From Chromatiaceae bacterium (lineage in GTDB: Bacteria > Pseudomonadota > Gammaproteobacteria > Chromatiales > Chromatiaceae): a DNA stretch of 64,000 bases. Numbering within the stretch: position 1 is the first letter of the stretch; the number at the start of each line of letters is the position of its first letter. A program made the position numbers and the translations under genes. The notes beneath the pieces were generated by a model. That model was not told the DNA's origin, did not search any database, and saw nothing but the letters and a program-made list of their open reading frames with translations. Below are positions 9,701-17,386 of the stretch, one piece after another. The DNA lies in assembly GCA_024235175.1 (NCBI GenBank), contig JACKMX010000009.1, positions 32,704-96,703 of the forward strand, read 5' to 3'.

Positions 9701-10263
9701 GCGGTAAGCGCGAAGCGGTAGTGCGGATGTGTCTCCTCCCAGACTGGTTTCTCCGACGGCCCGCGATCCTCCAAGCGGGCAGATAGATCGATCGACCGCC
9801 CCACATAACCGCAACGCGCGGTTCCCAGGCCGGGCTGCGGTGCTGCCGATCCCCCGATGAAAGGGAACGGTGTCCCACACTCCTCATGCTTGTCCGACAA
9901 ATAGTCGCTCTCTATCAGCCAGGCCCGGATAGCGGGTTCGCCGGCGGCGTATTGCGACCGGCCGTCGGTCTCGATGCGAAGCACGATCCATCTGTTCGGA
10001 ATGAAAGCCTGCTCGCCTTTTTCATCATCCTCGCCGAAACTCGTGGTCAGTACTGCCTGGGGAAGCGCCCAGTGAAGGTGTATACCCGGCTGGAGCTGGG
10101 GCAAAGGCTCACGCTCGAAGGGCAGAAATTTTTGTGGCTGGCGATACCAGTTCCTGAATCCGTCCTCGGATCGGGGCACCGGCGCGAGATCGGGTGGCCT
10201 GTGCCCCATATCTCCGACCGGCACCGCGAGCAGGTTCATCGGCACGAGAAGGGGTGACTTCAT
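6784..10263 (-). CDS. Giant hypothetical protein (1159 aa), no recognisable domain
   Basis: Uninterrupted 3.5-kb ORF with a 4-nt start/stop overlap with the upstream gene. I found no signal peptide or TM helix. The only loose P-loop-like string is AAQKGGKS. Confidence 0.75.
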   Translation of the reverse strand: MKSPLLVPMNLLAVPVGDMGHRPPDLAPVPRSEDGFRNWYRQPQKFLPFEREPLPQLQPGIHLHWALPQAVLTTSFGEDDEKGEQAFIPNRWIVLRIETDGRSQYAAGEPAIRAWLIESDYLSDKHEECGTPFPFIGGSAAPQPGLGTARCGYVGRSIDLSARLEDRGPSEKPVWEETHPHYRFALTASGWGDLTFSHYYPACRNILGFHDDLAGVHEDASLSYLVAGWYSDPACDLLTAAQKGGKSSDTSIADRMANLSWHYPQIDRETPPDGVLLHGGVTGLTMADVTLKKMSGAPAKLPNIAIGGSAAEAFVAALRIGQDPDPDLERVLCAFFHDQAGQVGKLRELDELILRQRFSPLPGGARWQIGRKEGAENPEGGALPAGLSSLLMNLNEQQLILDRHLRDLEGARKRLFGAWSAWAALQTGPPMSRPHRSVIEEALSAVELVTVSALQAARDLDKTKMELDAALERNPDLDLTDVVAGHFLTPKDPYVVIDDQDPTRRDRSRPKRPIRDEGQTELLRCRMLRDVISGLELLGPVDRKWFEADLPAANVDPSLVGPDLAGCLTLLARELRCLDHTATGWIGTGSTMEQRELLGRLVESLNSEAAHDLHRMSWTGTPPDPGAVTHWDRDTTAGMPVFLKWQVRWMPAGYSGIADRHAYLQGAVPLSVISGEKLAANLHRFTGEAGNRQEVSFSRIETARVLGAPFAGFNELLQSTTLGLFVPPVDPVKDEIDTAVWDALGRLPQPTLHLPNFPFHPFREGGLRLHSLHLVDAFGRQTQVLSRDTAKGVNVAVAAAAGPADGGHDLVLERALLQPARLELSWLGREGRGSSPVHGWVVPNYLQKSFDIFAFDGAALGTLESVLPSPGKKTIQSRVTFKWRPKPGTTLLAGNIADEVLRQFVLLLTEFSADEGQAFLELSDFVLASTVDRPTGEDPSLGVLVGRPLAVVRAQLSLELFGLPHGRCVIAGGSARFDTGEIGQESTEVILGDSSEARDGLLGVIYDDHLIARSGAPMRLGPNSRIRYDETVSVKLDGTPEPLILLMQAGSRVHAKTELLPKTHTELEQVALQESAQLRDHYIRVAPVIAGHAEKDMLDMPRPSDAFGKWSFATGPLIDWLPVRSVGDAVLFDSEQILSEGWLRLQRTPPSQVKGEQDE

Positions 10264-12491
10264 CGGCTGCCCCTCTCTTCAGGAGGCCTGAATATCACTT
10301 TTGTGGGAGACTCAATCATCTGATACGCGAATTCGGCTGAACTCCCCTTGACCCCGGGCATACTGGCCGCAAGCGCGGCGATCTGGACTGCCCGGCTGTT
10401 CCCGCGAACCGGTACGGCGATCGGATTCGTGTATTCTCTTACCCCTTTTTTTTCAATTCGCAGCTTTTTTTTGTACAGGTCATCGTCTTGGAACACGCCA
10501 AAATGGATCGCCTCCGACGGTTGCTTGATCTGGAGCCTGGAGATTTCACCATTATAGATACAGAGCAGCAGGTCGGGGGCAAGTCGATCCATCCTGAGAA
10601 TGGCAAGTTCTTCCGGATTTTCTTTGCCAGCAGTCCATGCGGTGGATTCCAGTCCAATCCACTCCTCGACTGCGTCCGAGCGCAGCAGAAACCCGGTGAT
10701 TGGCCACTTCAGTTCGGCCTTTCCCTTTTCCTTCTTTGCTGGCGTCCCCAAGCCTCGACGCTTATCGGCAGCCGCTTTGGCGTTGGCGCGAAGACCTTCA
10801 GCGATCCGGCATGAAGCCTCGAAAAAGCGTGTCCTCAGGATTTGATCGACCAGTTCATCCGCCTGACTGTTACGTGCAACGCTGCAGGCTCCCTGCAGAA
10901 AGCAGCTGATCCAGTCGGGGTCGAGATAGAAAAAGCGTATGCTTCCACGCTTCAGCATCATCTCGTTAGGTACGAGATAGGATAGTGGTACACCATAGAG
11001 CAATAGAGCCTCACCAAGCCAGTCGTGCAACGTCACTGGCAACTCAGGGGGAAATTCTCCATCCGATTTCGCAGCTGGTGCTGCAGGAATATAGCCAGCC
11101 CGCGCGAGGGCATCTAGGTAATGGTCCGCCAGGCCCCTTTCGCCACTCGTGGGAAGCACGTTCAATAGTTCATCACGGGTCTCATCATCACCGATTTCTT
11201 TGGCGATCGTGCTCGCGTTGGTCCTTTTCAGCCAGGTTCCAAAAGCCTCGCGGTAGCTGCCCAGCGCCTTGCAGAACGCCTGATCCTGAAGGGCAAGCAG
11301 CCGTCCGAGCTCCCAGGCAGCGGCGTAGGAAGCATTGAACATGCCTGTGCCGCGGTCGAATACAAGCGCCGCATCCGCCGTCGAAATGTGGTCGTATGAG
11401 CCTCTCAGGGATTTTCTGACGGGTGAAAGCGGACCGCGATACCAGCTGATCCCTGTCTCACCTGTCCGGAAATGGTGTTCCAGCGGAGCGAAACCCTGCC
11501 CAAGTGCGCCTCGCACCGGCTTATCAATACCCTCGGACAGTTTCGTGGGAATGATGAATGGTTGTTCATCATCGAGCGCCGTCATGAATCCCTTAAAGTC
11601 ATTTCGGCCCTGACAGTGAAATTCCCAGCTGGCCAGGACCAGCAGACGGCACATCTTTCCCTGGCGTGCGTCTGTCCAGTCCTCCACCTTTGCTTCAACA
11701 GAGTCAGCAGCGTCATTCGCATGTGAGTCGAAGAATTCTTCCCATCCCTCGATCGAAACGAGATGGACGGTATTACGTATGCCCCAGTCCTTTTCCCCTT
11801 TCGGCACCTTGGCGGTTTCCGGCATTCTGTTGCAGACCACCACGGAGAAAAACCCGTCTTTGAGAAGTGACCAAGTCTCTTTGCCATCGGTAGAGACTTC
11901 ACGGACATGCGCGAGGTAATCGAGGTCCTGACAACGTGGCATGACCCGGCTGAACAGTTTCACCGGAAGATCGAGGGTTCGGCAGGGATCCGAGGCACTC
12001 TCGTATTCTTCGAGTGTCAAATCCGGCAGGATTATCCTCTCTTCCTGTCCGACTAGATCGCCCACTGTTCCGAACGCCGGCTTGATCATACTGCCGGACT
12101 CACCCCCTTCCCCTTCGCTCAGCAGGATGAGCGCAAGCCAGGGATCCCTTTGGTTCGCATTGGTTACAAATTCCTTCCGTTTCAGAGTGCGCTCCCACGG
12201 CAGTGTGCGGCGATCGAAGACGATATGCGGAAGTACGCCGGCGTAATTGCCGATTCCGCCTGGCGGCGGATAGCAGGAATAGGCCTCATCCCCCGTGAGT
12301 GAGAACCGTGGCGCAGCTACCTGAAACGATTTTTCGGGAGTGTGCATCGTCTCGAGATGCTGCAGGCTGTCAAGATTATCCTCAGGGCCGCCCGCATGCA
12401 GTTCGGGATTTGCCTTCACCGTGTAAGTACCGCTCTCCAGAGCAGGCAGACAGTGATCGTAGAAGGTGATGGTACCATCACCCCGTTTCAT
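10260..12491 (-). CDS. Hypothetical protein (743 aa), no recognisable domain
   Basis: Uninterrupted ORF with 4-nt overlaps at both ends (12488-12491 and 10260-10263). I recognised no known motif. Confidence 0.75.
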   Translation of the reverse strand: MKRGDGTITFYDHCLPALESGTYTVKANPELHAGGPEDNLDSLQHLETMHTPEKSFQVAAPRFSLTGDEAYSCYPPPGGIGNYAGVLPHIVFDRRTLPWERTLKRKEFVTNANQRDPWLALILLSEGEGGESGSMIKPAFGTVGDLVGQEERIILPDLTLEEYESASDPCRTLDLPVKLFSRVMPRCQDLDYLAHVREVSTDGKETWSLLKDGFFSVVVCNRMPETAKVPKGEKDWGIRNTVHLVSIEGWEEFFDSHANDAADSVEAKVEDWTDARQGKMCRLLVLASWEFHCQGRNDFKGFMTALDDEQPFIIPTKLSEGIDKPVRGALGQGFAPLEHHFRTGETGISWYRGPLSPVRKSLRGSYDHISTADAALVFDRGTGMFNASYAAAWELGRLLALQDQAFCKALGSYREAFGTWLKRTNASTIAKEIGDDETRDELLNVLPTSGERGLADHYLDALARAGYIPAAPAAKSDGEFPPELPVTLHDWLGEALLLYGVPLSYLVPNEMMLKRGSIRFFYLDPDWISCFLQGACSVARNSQADELVDQILRTRFFEASCRIAEGLRANAKAAADKRRGLGTPAKKEKGKAELKWPITGFLLRSDAVEEWIGLESTAWTAGKENPEELAILRMDRLAPDLLLCIYNGEISRLQIKQPSEAIHFGVFQDDDLYKKKLRIEKKGVREYTNPIAVPVRGNSRAVQIAALAASMPGVKGSSAEFAYQMIESPTKVIFRPPEERGSR

Positions 12492-15400
12492 GGCGCGCTC
12501 CCTAAAGTGCCGATGCCTGAAGCGGCCTGTAATTCCGACACCAGCGCGGGAGACAGAGTGACTTCGGGTAACCTTGCCTCCGCTGGCTTCCCTGACCTCA
12601 GGACATCGGACAGCTGATCACGCACCCTACTCTGACGCCCGCTATCTCCCAGCAACTGTGACAACTCTTCCCACGAACCTTGCGGCTTTTCCTGGGAAGG
12701 CACTTCAGTGGAGAGGCGAATCTCCTTCGGGATGGAGTCATATTGGAACTCTTCGATCGGGAACGGACCAACCCTGTGTTTGGGAGAGGTTGGTTGCGTA
12801 CGGATGATGACACCCGACAATACATCGCGGATCATCTGCTCTGGATTCTGTCCGGTATCCGCGCTGGTGCTCCATAGCGCAGAGGGAAAGCTTTTTCGGG
12901 TCTCGGATACGACCATGAAGCGTGAGACAACCGAGGAGCCATCCCGGTCAAAGATATCGAGTGCCAGTTTGGATCGAAGCTGACCTTTGCCCATGGGCAG
13001 GACACCGAGCCTGGGCGACCTGTCGGTACAGAACGCTCCAACTGAGATTTCGGTGCAGGGAATCGTCGACTCTGTCTCGATGACGAGTTCGTGAGCGTTC
13101 ATGATGGAGTGGGTCACTTTGCCATTTTCGTCCCGTACCTCACGCACGATGCCCCCGGTGAGGGCGATGGAGCCAAAATTGGGCTGCTTTTCCTGGCGGC
13201 TCTTCTGCTCTGTAGGCAGAAAGCGCTCACACAGATCATTCCAGGAGATCTGGTTTGCGGCCTGAGTCGATTGATTTCCGAATTTGACCGAGAAGGAGAC
13301 GCACCAGTAGGAAATCCTGGCCATGCCGGCAAAGGGCGGACCCCAAACATGCAGGTCGGCGCCGATCTCGAGCTTAAGTCCGCTGCTTGTGGCAGTGACC
13401 TCCTTCCTGAAAGCATTGAAAATGATCGAAATCGAGATCCCGATCCGGGCGTCATAGTGAAACGGTGCCCAGGCAATGAAAAAATCTGCATATGCAAGAA
13501 ATGCAGCGCGTACCGTGGGGATGTTGAATACCGCCTCCATCCGGATCCCCGCCATCATGCAGGACGGTGTGATCGCAAAGTAGGACTCCCCCCGAATGCG
13601 CAGATTCGACGAAAGCCGGCCGCCAATGGAGACACGCTCAACGACGGGATAATGAGCAGGAGGGCGGGCATCGGGATGATAGCCTCCTATCGAGATCACG
13701 AAATCACCCGCATTCGGCCCGCCAAACCAAACGAAGAAAGCGAATCCACCTTCCAGGCGCAGCTTCTCCGAAAAGACGAATGAACCCTTGGTGAGACGGC
13801 CCTCGATACTGAGAACACCGGCTTCGGGGTCCAGCACCGCTCTTATCGCAAGGTTCGCCCGGAAAGCGGGAGTCTTGCCTTCCGGCTGTGAGATTTCCGA
13901 TATTCCCAGAAGCGTAAAGCGCAGGCGATTACCGAAAGCGACAGTCAGAAGCGCGAAGGAGTCCGCAAGTTTGAACGATGTGAAGCGGACGCCGACCGCA
14001 CCCCAGTAGTCGCCGTGCGAAGGCTGGATATATTTCTCAAGATTTTCGCGGACACCGCTCCTTTTTCCGGGTGGTGACATTACAGCCGCGACCAGTGGGA
14101 ACTCCTGAACCTCACGCAGGCCGGGTGTTTCGAGCTTCGAGTTATACCCGCCGCCAAGAGCCACCCCGGTGACGAAAAACGCCGGCGGTCCGCCGAGGAC
14201 GCCGTTGAAGGATCCATAGATGAAAACCGAAGGTGCAGTCTGCCCGCCACCTGTATCTATGGCTGAATAGGCACCGAAGGCTGAAATCTGGAACTTCGAT
14301 GCTTTTATCAGAATATCTCCGACGAAATTACCGGGGCCACGTCGTACCAGTCCTCCGGAAATCCCGAGGGTCGGCGTCGAGACGTCAATTGCCAGGCCGT
14401 CGAGCCCCACCTCAAATCCCTGCATGCTCCGTTCCAGCAGCGAGGTGACCGGAAGGCTGGCATTGAGGCCGTCGAGGTCGAACTTGAACAGACTGCTGCC
14501 CAGCGACGCATCCAGTAGCACACAGACGCGCTCCTCGCGCATTTCGTAGCGCACCTTGCGGAAGGTGAGCGGACCAATGCTGCGTCCGACCGGAGAGTTG
14601 TTGTTTGCCTCCTGTGTCAGTGCATTGCTTTCATCGTCGTTTTGAGTGCCGGTACCCTGACTCTTGCCAGCGGTGCCATCCGAGTCCTGTCGTTCTTCAT
14701 CACCGCCAAGCCGACACTCGAATGGCAGTTCGGTGTCGGTGCCGGTGAGCGCGAAGTTGCCGGTCAGCAAAAAGCCCTTATTGACGGTGAATTCCTCTCC
14801 AGCGAGACTGAGCGGCTTTTGCGGATAGGCGCTGGCAATGGATACGAGAAGGTCTTTCAACTGCAACTCATGAGGTTCGATGATGGAGCCGAGATCACCT
14901 AAACCGCTTGTCGAGATAACAGGCAGTCGGGCCGCCGCTGCCAACCGCCACCGATCATCATTTATCTTCCATGCGAGAAGTCCTGCCGCCTTACCATCTT
15001 CGAGCGCACAATCGAGCGCAACGAGTCTGGAGCTTTTTCCGAACTCAAGCCTCATCGCGGCGCGCGCCACGTCGGGTAGCGCGCTTAACGCGGTAGCGTC
15101 CGCCAAGCCGTATGCTGCCGCCAGATTGGAGAGAGAGAGCAATCGGGCGTCTTCCTGACGCTTAAACAGAGCGGATAAGGTTTTTTCACTCTTTGCGGTT
15201 TCGAACACAAGCTCGAATTCAACCCCGCCAAATTGAATTGATCCGCCAAAACGACCTTTGCCATCCTGCTGGATAAGGATTTCGACAGTTGCGAAGAGGG
15301 CATCATCCGTTTCTGCCCAGAAACGGCCCGCCAGGGTGAACGCAAAGGATTTCGGAGCGGTGCAGTAGGTTGCGCTGAGGGACTCGATATCGAGTGATTC

Positions 15401-17386
15401 CAGCACATCGGGCAGATCGCTCTTGAGGCCGAAACGTTCCTTGAGCTCTGCCTCCAGATCTTTGATGCGGACCGGACTCTCTTTCCCAAGTTCGCCGGCG
15501 AATGTCCATGCCTCTTTCTCATCCTTCGATTTCTGCGCGCCCAGCCGAAGATCGTTATCGCAGAAATCGAACAGAAGCGCCAATGCAATCTCAACCTCCT
15601 CGTCCCTCCCTTGTTTCTCCACGCGGAACTCTTCGATCGCGACCTCCAGTCCGGCGATTATCTCCCAACCGCGGGAAGTTCGTGCGGAAACCCGGTAGCC
15701 GCCGCTTCCCAGAGAGGCGGAGAGGATCACATCGGTTAGCGTTATCGATCGGATTTCATCGGGGAGTTCCACGCCACCCAGCAGGGTATTGGCGATCTCG
15801 CCAACCGGCAGTACTGAATCGGGTGCTGTGGCGGCATAAAGCTTCCAGCTCTCGCTGCTCCTGTAACTGCCGGAAACCACGAAATGGACGTTGCCGATGG
15901 CGAACACTCCCTCGACCGCGAGCATGTGAAATGCACCGTCGGTAACGCTCGCCGCGAGGGACAGGCCATCTATTTTTATCAGCTGCCCGCCGACTTCGAA
16001 GTTGAGGAAATCATCGGATTTGACGGCGATATCCGCGTCGAAGCTCCTGGTCCGCATATTGCCCGCGATGCGCACCACTGTCAGGGCCAGATCCCTCTCG
16101 CCCAAATCCAGGCTCCAACCGAGTTCTGTGCCAAGCTGATTCAGAGACATGTCTGTGTCCGGATCCTTCTCGACGAGAAAACCGAGATCCGGCAAGGCCA
16201 GGGATGTCGTGAAACGGGCATGGCCAAATTCCCAGACCCCTCTTACCTCTCCTGAGATCTGCCGAAAATACGCGTCCCTACCTGAAACGAACGGGCGGAT
16301 CACACTCATGGAGAGTTCCGGTCGAATGGTGATCTTGTCGCCGCAAAGCGGAATGGGTTTCTTCCCGCTGACCGTGGCGCTCATCTCGACAATCTGTGTC
16401 TCCTGTATGTCGACAATCAAAGAGAACCGGGAAAGCGTTACCGAGAGAATGCTGCCCAGGCAATCCTCCGCGAATATCGCGGATGTCGCTTCATACTCTT
16501 GCTTTTTAGAAAGGGTCTCTATCATCTCCCCGAGGGTCGGGAATTCCGTGAACTCAACCCTTAACTCGCGGTAGTACAGATCGAGGCGTGCTCCCCAGGC
16601 AAAATCATGCTGCCCTATAGCAGTCCGCCCCGTTAATAAGAACACCGGCATGTTCGCATCGGGACCATAAAGCTGCTGCTCCAAGCGGAAGCGGCTGATC
16701 TCAAAAGCGAGAGCCCCCCCGGGAAAATCGAGCTTTGCTCCGACCGGAACGTCAAGAGTCGCGCGATATCCCTCGTCATCTTGAAACAACGTGAAATTGG
16801 CTCCCTTCTCCTTCTTGCCAAGCACAAGTCCGACTTCCTCATCGAGGAGATTGAGAAGAGTGCCCGCGGTTACATCGGCTGCGAGACCGCGCGGGAAGGA
16901 GTCCGGCAGGTTGACGAGCGGGGAGACGGGCGTAATGGGGGGCAATGCGCCGCTACGCTCTCCACGCCCGGAGGAGAAAAGCAAACGTCCACCGGCCCCT
17001 CCCAGAAGACCGGAAAAGAAGCCACCATCATCCTCTTCGTCCGGATCATCTTCGAGGGAGACCCGGCGGATCAAAGCCTCGAGCCCAAAATCCGGCGGCA
17101 GTTCTGCGTCGAGAATAAAGCCAATGGAGCTCTCCTCGGCGAAGAACACCGCCTCTACAGTCGTGCCAGACTTGATTGTTTCCCAGTCAACCCGTCCCCG
17201 GATGTGCAAAGTATCATTGCTGGTTGAGAGAAATGCGCATTCCGACAGTGTGACCACGGCAGAGCCAAAGAGTCTCGACACCAGCGCAGCGTTTTCTTCT
17301 GTCAGTGTTGCGGCAGAAAGCTCAAGAGCGTCACCGTTACACCGCGCGGTCCGCAGACTGTCAAAAGGCGGCGGCAAAAGCATCAC
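12488..17386 (-). CDS. Giant hypothetical protein (1632 aa); the Gly/aromatic-rich C-terminal region may be DUF6603-like
   Basis: 4.9-kb uninterrupted ORF with an ATGA overlap with the lipase gene stop. It has acidic low-complexity linkers (DDPDEEDDGG; DEERQDSDGTAGKSQGTGTQNDDESN). C-terminal strings GGPPAFFVTGVALGGGYN and GGYHPDARPPAHYP recall, from memory only, DUF6603-type proteins. Confidence 0.75.
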   Translation of the reverse strand: MMLLPPPFDSLRTARCNGDALELSAATLTEENAALVSRLFGSAVVTLSECAFLSTSNDTLHIRGRVDWETIKSGTTVEAVFFAEESSIGFILDAELPPDFGLEALIRRVSLEDDPDEEDDGGFFSGLLGGAGGRLLFSSGRGERSGALPPITPVSPLVNLPDSFPRGLAADVTAGTLLNLLDEEVGLVLGKKEKGANFTLFQDDEGYRATLDVPVGAKLDFPGGALAFEISRFRLEQQLYGPDANMPVFLLTGRTAIGQHDFAWGARLDLYYRELRVEFTEFPTLGEMIETLSKKQEYEATSAIFAEDCLGSILSVTLSRFSLIVDIQETQIVEMSATVSGKKPIPLCGDKITIRPELSMSVIRPFVSGRDAYFRQISGEVRGVWEFGHARFTTSLALPDLGFLVEKDPDTDMSLNQLGTELGWSLDLGERDLALTVVRIAGNMRTRSFDADIAVKSDDFLNFEVGGQLIKIDGLSLAASVTDGAFHMLAVEGVFAIGNVHFVVSGSYRSSESWKLYAATAPDSVLPVGEIANTLLGGVELPDEIRSITLTDVILSASLGSGGYRVSARTSRGWEIIAGLEVAIEEFRVEKQGRDEEVEIALALLFDFCDNDLRLGAQKSKDEKEAWTFAGELGKESPVRIKDLEAELKERFGLKSDLPDVLESLDIESLSATYCTAPKSFAFTLAGRFWAETDDALFATVEILIQQDGKGRFGGSIQFGGVEFELVFETAKSEKTLSALFKRQEDARLLSLSNLAAAYGLADATALSALPDVARAAMRLEFGKSSRLVALDCALEDGKAAGLLAWKINDDRWRLAAAARLPVISTSGLGDLGSIIEPHELQLKDLLVSIASAYPQKPLSLAGEEFTVNKGFLLTGNFALTGTDTELPFECRLGGDEERQDSDGTAGKSQGTGTQNDDESNALTQEANNNSPVGRSIGPLTFRKVRYEMREERVCVLLDASLGSSLFKFDLDGLNASLPVTSLLERSMQGFEVGLDGLAIDVSTPTLGISGGLVRRGPGNFVGDILIKASKFQISAFGAYSAIDTGGGQTAPSVFIYGSFNGVLGGPPAFFVTGVALGGGYNSKLETPGLREVQEFPLVAAVMSPPGKRSGVRENLEKYIQPSHGDYWGAVGVRFTSFKLADSFALLTVAFGNRLRFTLLGISEISQPEGKTPAFRANLAIRAVLDPEAGVLSIEGRLTKGSFVFSEKLRLEGGFAFFVWFGGPNAGDFVISIGGYHPDARPPAHYPVVERVSIGGRLSSNLRIRGESYFAITPSCMMAGIRMEAVFNIPTVRAAFLAYADFFIAWAPFHYDARIGISISIIFNAFRKEVTATSSGLKLEIGADLHVWGPPFAGMARISYWCVSFSVKFGNQSTQAANQISWNDLCERFLPTEQKSRQEKQPNFGSIALTGGIVREVRDENGKVTHSIMNAHELVIETESTIPCTEISVGAFCTDRSPRLGVLPMGKGQLRSKLALDIFDRDGSSVVSRFMVVSETRKSFPSALWSTSADTGQNPEQMIRDVLSGVIIRTQPTSPKHRVGPFPIEEFQYDSIPKEIRLSTEVPSQEKPQGSWEELSQLLGDSGRQSRVRDQLSDVLRSGKPAEARLPEVTLSPALVSELQAASGIGTLGSAP

